Source of the DNA: Octopus sinensis
Taxonomy: Eukaryota
DNA: 64,000 nucleotides
Direction: 5' to 3'
Assembly (NCBI RefSeq): GCF_006345805.1
Contig: NC_043003.1
Span: 55,862,001-55,926,000, forward strand
Numbering within the stretch: position 1 is the first letter of the stretch; the number at the start of each line of letters is the position of its first letter. Positions 37,706-50,965 of this stretch are shown here, in pieces. The notes beneath the pieces are model-generated. The model was not told the origin of the DNA. It saw only the letters and a list, made by a program, of their open reading frames with translations, and ran no database searches. A program made the translations under genes and the position numbers.

Positions 37706-38277
37706 ATAAATGAAGTGCATGAATTTTGGTATTGGCAACATGAATGACAATGGCCAAAGACTACTTGAATTTTGCACGTACCATAACATGTGCATCACCA
37801 ACACATTCGTTGCCAACAAGACATCCCACAAGGCATCTTGGAGACATCCAAGATCTCACCAATGGCATGAGGTCTCTGGGAAGACCGTTCTTGCGATACA
37901 AGGATGTTTGCAAACGAGACATGAATGCCTGCAACACCAATATTACCAACTGGGAAGCAGTTGCCAGCAACCGTGGAGATTGGCGACGTACCGTAAAAGA
38001 GGGAACGCAAAGGAGATACAGAGAGAGAGATAGAGAGAGAGAGAGAGAGGAGAAATGGAAAGACAAGAAAAGATGTCAACAAGTAACTATGACATTACAA
38101 CCAGCCAGGCAAAGTATTCGCTACATTTGCGGCACCTGCCAGAGGGAGTGTTTGTCCAGGATTGGACTACACAGCCACAGCAGGAGATGGATTAGAACAT
38201 GAAATGTAAAAGCCGGACTAGATTATTTTATGCGCAACTCCATTGTCTCCCGAGACAGAAACGATGCCAACAACAAT
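37706..38277 (+). mobile_element. Internally deleted RTE LINE (APE fragment fused to ORF C-terminus and 3' tail)
   Basis: GIGNMNDNGQRLLEFCTYHNMCITNT..KASWRHPRSHQWH is joined to GRPFLRYKDVCKRDM..W..CGTCQRECLSRIGLHSHSR; tail ccattgtctcccgagacagaaacgatgccaacaac. Confidence 0.9.
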
Positions 38278-38520
38278 ATATATGGATTTCGTAGACAGGA
38301 ACTGAAACAAATCAATCGTATATACATGTACGTATATATGTAAGTGTATGTGTGTGTTTTGTCTGTGTTTCGCCCTCAGCACTGCTTCACAACTGCTATT
38401 CATTTATTTACATCCACTTAACTTACTTGTTTTACAAGAATAAACTAATAGAATAAGTACTAGGCTTATCAACATAAAAAAGCACTAGGCTGTGTCTCAT
38501 ATTTTTGTTTGCCCACTCAG
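38278..38520 (+). mobile_element. Family B SINE remnant interrupted by the RTE; the first 43 bp are the right putative TSD
   Basis: ggatttcgtagacaggaactgaaac..aagtactaggctta matches the family B body. Confidence 0.75.
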
Positions 38521-38555
38521 TTGTATCTATCTATTTATCTTTGTATGTGTGTGTA

Positions 38556-40043
<1,488 letters not shown>

Positions 40044-40077
40044 TGTATGTATGTATGTATACACACACACACACACA

Positions 40078-40137
<60 letters not shown>

Positions 40138-40224
40138 CTGTTGTATTTCGGGATGGTCATTTTAATTTTTGTTGCCAAATAAACACACGCACTATATATT
40201 TTCTTTTATTCTATTATTTGTTTT

Positions 40225-40390
40225 ATTTGTTTTAGTCATGCTGGAGCACCGCCTTTAGTCGAGCAAATCAACCCGAGGACTTATACTTTGTAAGCGTAGT
40301 ACATATTACATCGGAGCCTTTTACCGAACCGCTAAAATTTCGAGGACGTAAACACACCAGCATCAGTTGACAAGTGATAGCCGAGGGAGT
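40225..40390 (-). mobile_element. Family B SINE, 3' half
   Basis: gtcatgctggagcaccgcctttagtcgagcaaatcaacc is the reverse complement of the family B tail. Confidence 0.8.
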
Positions 40391-40404
40391 GGGGTGCATG
40401 CGAA

Positions 40405-40600
40405 ATAAGAAACGTTAGCACGTCGGGCGATATTCTTAGCGGTATTTCGTCTGTCTTTACGTTCTGGTTTCAAATTCTGCCGAGGTCGACTTTGCCTTTC
40501 ATCCTTTCGAGTTCGATAAATTAAGTACCAGTTGCGTACTAGAGTCGATCTAATCGACTGGCTCCTTCCCCCAAACAATCGGACCCTCTGCCTAAAATAG
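40405..40600 (+). mobile_element. Family A SINE
   Basis: aacgttagcacg..gaggtcgactttgcctttcatcc..gtcgatctaatcgac. Confidence 0.85.
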
Positions 40601-40620
40601 AAAAGAATTGACTATATATA

Positions 40621-40674
<54 letters not shown>

Positions 40675-41305
40675 TACATAACCGTAACTTGATAGAGTGT
40701 GGACTGAAATCTCCGCGAATTTCCGTGAATTTGAACTGCAAAAGTTATGATGTCAATTTTCTGTAATGTTTTGCAAAGGTATAGTTTTACTGCAGATGAC
40801 GCTACCATTTCCGTCATCATCTTTAATAGATACAATCAAAATTGTGTGTGCGTGTGTGTGTTTGTGTGTGTGCGTGCGTGTAGGTGTGTTTGTTACCCGT
40901 CACTTTGTTGTGAGCATTTCTCTCCCTCATCGTCTGTTTTGGCTTATTCGAGTTTATTCATCTACTTCCTTTCTAGTCTTCAACGTTCTAATATAAAACA
41001 TAAAATAACGGATTCATCATAATATGTAATTTCTGTTGAAATGAGTATGTTTGTGAATTCTTCCTCCCTTCTTTTCCTTGTTCTTTTTCTTTTCATTCGC
41101 TGTTTACCTGCGCTCGTGCATGAGCGTGTGTTTGTATACATGAGGGTTAATGATTAGAAATGTGAAGAATGCAAATTTATTTTTCTTTTGCACAAAATTT
41201 ACTTGCGCGTGTATAGCAAAACGTAGTCGCCAGTGAATTAGCATGCGCATATGAGAAAGTAAAACATAAATGTAGTCGTCTTTGTTATGAAGCTAAGCAT
41301 AATGC

Positions 41306-41850
41306 GGTGAGCTGGCAGAATCGTTAGTACGCTTGACGTTCATCGCTACGTTATGAGTTCAAATTCCTCTGAGGTCCACTTTGCCTTTCATCCTTCGGTG
41401 GTCGATATATTAAGCACCATTTAAGGCGGCGAGCTGGCAGAAACGTTAGCACGCCGGACGAAATGCGTAACCGTATTTCGTCTGCCGTTACGTTCTGAGT
41501 TCAAATTCCGCCGAGGTCGACTTTGCCTTTCATCCTTTCGGGGTCGATTAAACAAGTACCAGTTACGTACTGGGGTCGATATAATCGACTTAATCCGTTT
41601 GTCTGTCCTTGTTTGTCCCCTCTGTGTTTAGCCCCTTGTGGGTAATAAAGAACTAGGTGAGCTGGCAGAATCGTTAGTACGCTTGGCGTTCATCGCTACG
41701 TTATGAGTTCAAATTCCTCTGAGGTCCACTTTACCTTTCATCCTTCGGTGGTCGATATATTAAGCACCATTGAGACACTGTGGTTGATCTAATCGACTAA
41801 TCCACTCCTACCAAATTTGAGGCGTTGTACCTCTAGTAGAAAGGGTTATT
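41306..41850 (+). mobile_element. Young family A SINE (41422-41655) nested in an older SINE, flanked by a 116-bp direct repeat
   Basis: 41306-41421 and 41656-41771 differ at 2 positions. Confidence 0.92.
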
Positions 41851-43121
41851 AAACTAAACATTTCCACCAGGTCTTTCTGTTGGCAATAGAGCATTAAAAC
41901 ATTGAGTTATTTAAACATTATCGATAGCACAGATTGAATCGATGTTTCGTCGTCGTATAGCTCTTGGAGAACAACTCACTCATTATTCAGGTTGTTGAAA
42001 TAACTCATAGACAGGCGAGACGACTTCCCTCTGATAGGATACAGGAGTGATGGATACCGGCATTTTGCCATTTTTGTGGGTTATCATCATCACTTACCTG
42101 AATCGTAAAGGGGACGAATCGAATCTCCTGCCTATGACTATATATAAATAGAACTATAAGAACTATAAGCTAGTATACCACGGTGATGCATACGTAAGAT
42201 TAAATTCAATAACGGATTAAGTTTTGTTTAGATTGAATGTGTATCTGTACACGAAAACCACGGGAAGGGTGCGTTGCCTCAAAAAGTATCTATAAACCAA
42301 ATGAAAATATAAAATATGTACAAGAATAAGGGATCAGGAGCGAATTAATCACCCGTCTTGTCAAGTGAATGTTTTAAAAAAAGATGGGTGAATGTGGCAA
42401 GGATGACACGTTTGAATGACAAAGCCACCTTGACTGTGATCCTATGAACTGTAAAAATTAGTACAGAGAGTTGCTTATTTGTAAAAAAATATAACATGTG
42501 ACTTCATTAACCGAGGTTACCGTGGTCTTTTCCGTAGGCTTTTCTTTCCACGGGTAAACTTCACCTGTCCTCCCCTTTACACTTTATATTGACATTTCTG
42601 TGATAACGATCCCTTATTGATCGATCTTTTCTTTTTCCTTTTATTTTATTCTCCCCTTTTTTTGCTTTCCTCTTTCTTTCCTTTCGATCCCTTTTGATCG
42701 AAATCCAAACCCCCTTTTTTATCTCCAAAAAGAAAAGCTCTACCTTGTAATTTGTCCCGTCTGTGTGCAGCCCTGTGTGGCTAATAAAGAAACATATGTA
42801 GAATGTTAATGACATCAAGGTTACGTAGCCTCGTTATAGGAACAAGTCATAAGGATCACCCTAGGCCATCCGAGTCTGCCGCGTTATGTTACTTTGTCGA
42901 GCCTAAGAAAGTTTAGGCTGAATGGGATTTAATGAAACATATTTTTAAATATTAGTAGAATTAACCTAATGTGTTGTGTGTTTCTTTCATTCGTTTGACC
43001 ACTCATTCGTACCTCCGTACATACATACATACATACTTACATACATACATACATACGTATATACAAACATAAATACATAAGTATGTGTGTATGTATATAT
43101 GTATGTATTTGTATAAATATA

Positions 43122-43702
43122 CAGTTGTGTTCCGGCTGAATTTGACGATTCATTGTCTCTCTTTTTTTATCAACAGTTTGATGCATTCGTGAAGGGTCAA
43201 CAGTGTTAGAGAGCACAAAGATTTAAGTGGTAGTTTGAAGAAAGTTAACTGACATACCGAAGAGGAAACCATCTGAATATTGGTAAATAGTTATCTGTAT
43301 AATGATGCTTCGAACTGGGTTTCAAATCGTTTACATAATAACTGCTGCTCATTGCTCTGTGATCACTGTAAAGGGTGGAAAACGTTTACATGGACATCTT
43401 GAAAACCAAGTTCCTCTAGACTGTGATGGCCTTTGGTTGTGTTGCAAGTGAGGGTGATATCATGCTATGAAATATCCTTCAACATGGCCCTATCATCAAT
43501 ACAGAAATTTATGTGAAGTTGCTCGCGATTTGGTCAAATCCTGGCTGGAGAGGGTTAGAGCTGGAACACCATGTTTGTAGCAACAGTATTCGATACTTTG
43601 CCACACACGGAGAGAATCAGAATTTGTTGACAGAGAATTTTGACTCCAACACGCCCCACAATTTCTGGCCTCCTAATCCCTTGATTGTAATCGCATGGGA
43701 TT

Positions 43703-43703
<1 letters not shown>
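43122..43703 (+). mobile_element. Tc1/mariner-superfamily transposon remnant (5' end and part of the DDD domain)
   Basis: TA|CAGTTGTGTTCCGGC terminus; degenerate GDIM..QHG..INTEIYVKLL...NFWPPN...NxxDY reading. Confidence 0.7.
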
Positions 43704-43738
<35 letters not shown>

Positions 43739-43858
43739 GCGTGTGTGTGTGTGCATATATATGTTGGTATTAATTATATAAACATATATATGCAATATGT
43801 ATATATATATATATATATATAAGTATATGTACGTACATACATACATATATATATATAT

Positions 43859-43895
<37 letters not shown>

Positions 43896-45428
43896 GGGAG
43901 ACAGAGAAACAGACAGACGGAGTGAGAGAAAGAGAGAGAAACCGAAAGTGAGAGATACGAGAGGAGATTAAGAAATGCTGGGATACAGTTATTTGAAAAC
44001 AGTGATTTATGTAGAACCAAATTGATATGTATTCAAAATCTCACACAAGCACGGATACGTAAATTCACGCTCTATCTTACACTGATACATAAAAAAAAAA
44101 CACGCATATTTCATATTTTAATTACAAAAATACATATTTCATTTACATTCCCACAGACCGTATCTAAAATTAACCTATTTTGAAACCTAAGCTACCCAAA
44201 CATTAATTGGAATACATCGTCTCAACACTTCGAAGGGTATGCAATGAATTTAAACTCAATCAACTCTGGCTCTGCATCGTTTGCAAAAATTTCTTAAGCG
44301 CCAATTAACCTACACTACATAACTCTGGCTTACGTGCAAGAATTTCCCGACTAAAGATAATAACAGGGATATTGGAAAATAAACGCAGTTCTGGTCTCAA
44401 CTCTCATGCATGGACTTTCCAGTATAATGACATGTCTCATTGATAGTAAAATAAAAACCTACTGAATTTGGTAAGCTGTGCAGAAACTGATTATATTCAC
44501 GAACGAGCACACGCCCAATACATACAAGCATACATAGAAACATGCATAAATACATACATGAAAACATTGGAGAAGGGAAGTAACTACGGATAACTTCCTC
44601 GGAGCATTCAATGTCTATAGGCAAATTATATATTCACATGCATGTCAATTATAATTGCTCCACTTGGTTTTGCCTAAGTGGCAATCTGTAAAAAGTAGGG
44701 TTTTAAAAAAGATACACGTCGAGCAGCAAACAAGCATACTGCAAACTGTATCCGTCAGTGCCACAGTAAAATTATATAGACATTTTCTCACATGCATATT
44801 TCCATTGCTTTTGTTCTTAACTTTCAACGATAAAGTTTTAATATCATTGTTAGAAACCAGCTGCTTCCTTACAGAGACACTCCAAGAAATTTTCTTAAAA
44901 AAATCAGAAGATAACATATACACGTGAGCAGGGTCACAAGGCGCATAATCTAGTGCTTCGTGGGTTTGTTATCATGATTGTAAAATCATGGGTTAACTTG
45001 GTAAGTGCAGTGGCTTGTTCTGTCATCGAATAAAACAGTTCAATCGTCGTTTGTTCCAGTCTGTTCAGTAAAAAAATAAAAGACAGCACCAACCACGGTT
45101 TTGGTGTAGCACACTCCGTAGCCCAGCTATTACATGGTGGATGTCCGAATGGGTAGTGTGAAACGATCATTTAACGAAAGCACAACACCTCATACGAAAC
45201 CACAGTCGCTCTAGTGACAGTTGTTTTTGTACGCTCACACACACACACACACACATATCATTATATATACATATATATATATTCTCTTTCACATTATGTT
45301 ATATTATATATATATTTATATATATATGTATATATAAAATTTTATTATATTGCAATTAACACTATATATCACATACATTTGTATGTTGCGTGCGCGCGTG
45401 TTTGTGTGTGTGTGTGTGTGTATGTGTG

Positions 45429-45466
<38 letters not shown>

Positions 45467-48400
45467 CTGTTTGTATTTATATTTTCCTAAAGCAATATAA
45501 TTTTTTATATACCGTTGCAGAGATCATAGCTAACATTCTGCTATTTGTGAAACAAAATGTAAATTAATAAATATTTTCAATATCGACGGAAAGAACTGAA
45601 GACAGAAGTCCTTTATCAGATTTAAACAATTGTTTACCTCTTCTGCAATTAACCCAGCCATATCTGGTCAAGATATTCTACCTGTTTTATGTTCAAGCTG
45701 ACTGAATCCTATCCCGCACACCTACTCCAAAATATCATTATGAAATCAATCAATCTTGAAGCTATAAGATAATGCATGATTAATTCCAAAACAATGTGAA
45801 TGTATACGCATTTGAATGCTTAAGTGTTAATTTTCCATCTTTATTTTTATCCGGTAAGATGAGAGATTCAGGTTGCTGTCAGGATGTCTTGAAAACAACT
45901 TACACATGCAAGTGCTACCAGTCGAGAACTCCGCATACCGGGAGCCAGAAGTGTATGGAGTCATCAGGAGAGAATGCGCGCCATTTCAGGGCCTACTTCT
46001 CGACGACATGAATGTGCACCGGCCCCCACTTACTAATATGAGGCGCCGCTTTGCTAGATCAACTGGTTATTAAATAAAGCTCACTATTTCTCGAGCTATT
46101 GCTCTACAATCGTAGGATGGTCTTTAATTAAACAACTAGAAATTCGCTAATCGGCATACTATAAAGAATAAAAAACTATGTAATGCTTTCTTTGATTCCA
46201 TCAGTGAGTTTTGTTAAATATCATATGATTTTGTTATCATCAAAGATTCTCACAAATTCTCTAGTTCATTAAAATTACATCAAAGTTATCACAAGTGCAA
46301 ACATTGTGCATGACGTCATTGTCACTACATTATTGTCTTTGCCTCATATAATGTTTCTCTATTTCCTGAACGTCGTTACGCAATGGACGGCAGAAACAAT
46401 CTTCATGATTTAAGATGTTTATCAGATGTAGTCATCATCGAAAAGCACGTTAATCAATCACTGGTAATTTATTGTCGTAGATGAGGATACTTTAAATATA
46501 TTTACTACATACATTTTGACATCTGGAATAAACATTAATAAATTTAGAGCTCTATGCTTCTAGCTCTGCATTTAGATCTGCATCAGTGTCAGTTAATTTA
46601 TTCTATTATACTCAAGAAGATGTATGACTCTACACTCGCTATGTATGACAAATTGTACTGCAGAATCTCAATGAAGAAAAGTTAAGACAAAACAAAAATC
46701 GAGATTGCGATAAGGTAACATATAGCATTGGCCAGAAATGTACATATTAAGAGACGTTTTAATTACTGTAAGAAACGAAATATATTTGCACCGTAGTAGT
46801 ATGTCAGTTGCCACGGAAGGAAAATTATCTTTCCAATGAAAGAATTGTTGGAAAACAAGTATATAGCATTCACATGAAGTCTATTTGAATTTTATACATA
46901 ATTCTGATGAGTCAAATTCGGTACATGTTCTTGCAATGTCATCTCAGGAATCGATAGTAGCATATATTATGAAGAATATAACAATATTCGCAAGACCCTA
47001 TTCAAATGAATCCTTCGTAATTTCTTGTAATAAAAAGATATGTTCATGTCTTACTTACAAATGTTTGTCCTTGCTTACATATGTGTGTGTGTGTGTGTGT
47101 TGGCTTGTGTGTGTATGTCTGCCTCTATGTATATATGTATGTGTGTGTTTATGCACATGCATACAAAGAGAGAGAGAAGTAAATAAATAGATAAAGAAAG
47201 AAAGAAAGAAAGAAAATAAAACTTGTGTGCAATAATATGGTTTCCATTATCAATTACTGAAATATTTTTAATTCACCTTAGATAACCCATTGCTATTTCT
47301 AATGCTCAAATTTTGACATGTTAAACGTTATATTATCAGTTTTATCTGACATTTGATTCCTTCACTTATATTTCCCACATTTCTCAGATTATTTTCGCCC
47401 TGTAACATTAAATATTCAATTCAGTGTCATCTAGGGTAGAAGCGCCTAATATGGATTTTAATGTGCCAGCTGTGCGAATTTAATTGGCAAGGCCAAACTC
47501 AAAAGTACTATTTCGTGTTTTCCGTGATCCCGCCACTATTTCGTGTAAATTGCCGAAGTATTATTTCTATAATTAAAGGCTCTCTCAGATTGAGAAGATC
47601 ATCAAAAAACTCTATGAAATTATCCTGTATGCAAACACGTGCAAATCATTATGGCAACTGCGGTTTGTCTTTGCGCATATAACATTTTTGAGGCACCTTA
47701 ATTGACAGTGAATCGAATTTAAATACGTGAAAGATAATATGAGTGACATACAACATTATCTTAATGTAACATTGGCCAATCTCTGGTAGTTTACTCTAGA
47801 GAGAAAATGAAGAGATTGATCGTAAAATGTAGCGATGTTTCCAATAAAAATTTCGAAGTGTTGAAAACACATTAAAGCGTTTTTTTCTATTAAAATAAAG
47901 AAATAAAACTTCTACTTCTGTGGCATTTACAATATTTCATTAAGTATTATTCAATTCATTTTATGTAAGATTAATTGGAGAATTAGCTAGGGAAAACAAA
48001 AGGGGCAACTGAAAAACCAAAAAGTAGTTGCATGTCAGGCACTAGAAGGAGAAAAGAACATCTCTCAACTGTAAGATACGGAATCGTTGATAAGAGCCGT
48101 TGATAAGTAAGGATATATGGTTTACCAGAAAAGTACATGTGGTGAAAGTTTTAATTTAGAGGTCCAATGTCTCTCTCTGTTCTTTCATCTGTTGATTATA
48201 GGGAAAAAGACAGGATCTTTTCGCTTTGACCGGCAGATTTTTAAAATAATTTCTTTGTAAGTAAACACTTTAAACTTCGTATACTGGTAGAATGTGTTTA
48301 TAAAACATCTTTTTCTCTTGGCTTTCTTGAGAAAATTCTGTAGTTTTTAAGCTATTCGTTCTTTAATTTCTTGCATTCGTTGATTCAGTTGATCTTAAGC

Positions 48401-49560
48401 CATATCTCTTGATTCACCGACACAACACCCGCGGGTGATATAAATTTCTGTCTCTAGTGAGAGAGATATCTTCCTTCTAGTACCTAGCTGGCAAATCATC
48501 TTTTCCCCCAACTTAATTATGTTCCCTTCACCGTCCAATTTCCCTTTACAAGGATGTTGATCATCTCGACTTTCATTAGAGTCCAACACATCACAGCTCG
48601 AAAGGAATACTACTCAATACCTCCAGTGATTGTGAGATGACGTTCTTGAAGGACGGAGAGCATTATTCCAAACGCTTCCATTACTTGGCCATTTTGCTGG
48701 CTACGGAACATCCGTTGCCTATTTAGGTGATCCAGCCGTTTTCCCATTATGTTGCTAATTGCAGTAGTTCTCTGTGAAGACGGCAACAATCAAGATTGGT
48801 ATTTATACGTAGAGCTAACAGAGTTGGTCATCCAAACAAAACGAATCACCCTTGAAACTATCATTTACCACTAAATTTCCCTCAATTGCATTTTTAAACT
48901 TTTTGCAACGATCCAAAATCTATGGCGAGAACGCCGGCACAACAAGGATATAAGCATTAAAATTCACTCCAACTTTGGTGCATCACTGCTACTTGTCTCA
49001 AAAATTTGAAGAAACTACAGCTGAGATTCTCGCACATCTGCTCGGAATCAAGTACAACGATTCTTCCATAGTCCATTATGAAACATAAGAAAGTATAAAT
49101 CATTGGTTTCCTATTTAGTCTACCATTATAATAAATGACATATACATGGTTTGTTTCAAAGATTCGCATTTACATTATTTCAGAGGCGAAATCAGTAAAG
49201 TATTTCACCGAAACTCTACTTTGCTGTCAAGAGGTACATTTCATAAATGGAAATGACGCAGATACAGACTTCTACAATCTGTACATTAATTAGAAATTCA
49301 AGGCCTTATATCGCTTTCACTGTAACCTTAAACCATTTAGTTGCATGCTAGTCTGGATTCTAAAGGCATTATGACGAGTTCTCTTACATAAACCGAAAGC
49401 TTCATTTTCCCAAGGGTGTAGTTTAGTTTATGTAATGGATTTCCTAGAATTCCAGATGGAAATGTCAGAGGTTTTACAATGAGTTGCCGTTTCGATACGC
49501 AAATTAATAGACTACAGCGACACACAGAAACATACACACATGCATACACACACAGACACG

Positions 49561-49594
<34 letters not shown>

Positions 49595-49766
49595 ACACTC
49601 TCACACGCGCACAATCCTCTTTATTTGTGAGTTGATATATCTATATGTACGTACGTTTGCATGATTTTCCAATTACATTCCAATTAAACTTGCACATGTG
49701 TATCTGAAGATTCAAGAATGTGTATTTAAATTTTCTCACATTAAGTAATGGTGATATATAACTTGT

Positions 49767-49917
49767 GGAGGCACGTGGCTTGGTGGTTAGGGGGTCAGCA
49801 TCATGATCGTAAGATTGTGGTTTCGATTTCTGGACCGGGCGACGCAAAAGACTTCATTTCACGTTATTCCAGCCCAATCAGCTGGCAAAAATGAGTAACG
49901 CTGCGATGGACTGGCAT
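49767..49917 (+). mobile_element. tRNA-derived SINE (family C related), internally deleted
   Basis: ggaggcacgtggcttggtggttagg..ggtttcgatttc..gctgcgatggactggc. Confidence 0.75.
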
Positions 49918-49919
49918 TG

Positions 49920-50265
49920 AGAAATGCGCAAAGCAACTACTACCACAGTTTTTAATCTTTCCATTTTACCAATGTGCTTTCAGATCATCAACACAAATTA
50001 GACTAAACAAGGAAACATTCTTCATTGAAAAGTACAAGCCCAGACTCAACCATCTGAACATACTAATACAGAGAAATTCACATTAAGGGAAAGGAAAAAA
50101 AAATTTTAAGCGATTATCTCCCTTACACCGGAAGAAATCACCCACTACCTCCCCTTATTTAGAACTCTCCGGAACATAAACACAACGATAACTCTATTCA
50201 ACATAAACATAACGTCACAAGAAATTTGAAAAGCTACACGCGAAACCGGTCTTTCTTTAAAATTA
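49920..50265 (+). mobile_element. Penelope-like 3' remnant (GIY-YIG tail and decayed hammerhead)
   Basis: IFPFYQC..TQIRLNKETFFIEKYKPRLN; hammerhead-like motif at 50219-50257. Confidence 0.55.
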
Positions 50266-50387
50266 TGTCATTATAAGAGAAAAATTTTTTTTTTTAATTT
50301 TCTAATATTCTTCAGACATATTGACGCAAATATATATATTTTTTAACATTTAAGCCTTCTGTCGTTTTTTCACTCTTTACTATTTTC

Positions 50388-50441
<54 letters not shown>

Positions 50442-50452
50442 CATACATACAT

Positions 50453-50485
<33 letters not shown>

Positions 50486-50496
50486 TATATATATAT

Positions 50497-50900
50497 ATGG
50501 GTGAGTCAAAAAGTAACGCCAGTTTGTTTAGGACAGGTATAATTACCAACACAGGACCATGTACCATACATCCAAATGAAGCTGGTCCTCTGGGTGGATC
50601 ACATCACTACTTCTCAACATAGTCACCGTTTCTCTCAATAGGAATGTTCCACCTTCGAATGAGAGCATGTATCCCTGCCCCGTAAAATTCCGTTGACTGT
50701 TCTTTGAGCCACGTCTTCACTACCTCCACACTCACCAGATTTAGCGCCTTCAGACTATCATCTCTTCGGGACCACGTAGCAGGGTTTGCGAGAAAAACAT
50801 TATTGCAGTGACTAGCTTCATGTTGATGCATGATACATGTTCTTTTGTTGGTAATTATAACTGTCCTAAACAAAATGCCATTACTTTTTGACTCACCCTC

Positions 50901-50901
<1 letters not shown>
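50497..50901 (-). mobile_element. Non-autonomous mariner derivative of about 405 bp with about 60-bp TIRs, in (TA)n
   Basis: TIRs gggtgagtcaaaaagtaa..tttgtttaggacag.tataattaccaac at both ends; retains the transposase C-terminus VKTWLKEQSTEFYGAGIHALIRRWNIPIERNGDYVEK. Confidence 0.9.

Positions 50902-50965
<64 letters not shown>

Noticed and set aside
45873-46073. GC-rich 66-aa ORF as an exon
   Set aside because: No recognisable homology and no convincing splice pair.
46903-46920. CTGATGA core on the plus strand
   Set aside because: No downstream stem II and GAAA arrangement.
48395-48770. Minus-strand open frames as an exon or Gypsy integrase remnant
   Set aside because: The similarity is only impressionistic, with no diagnostic motif.
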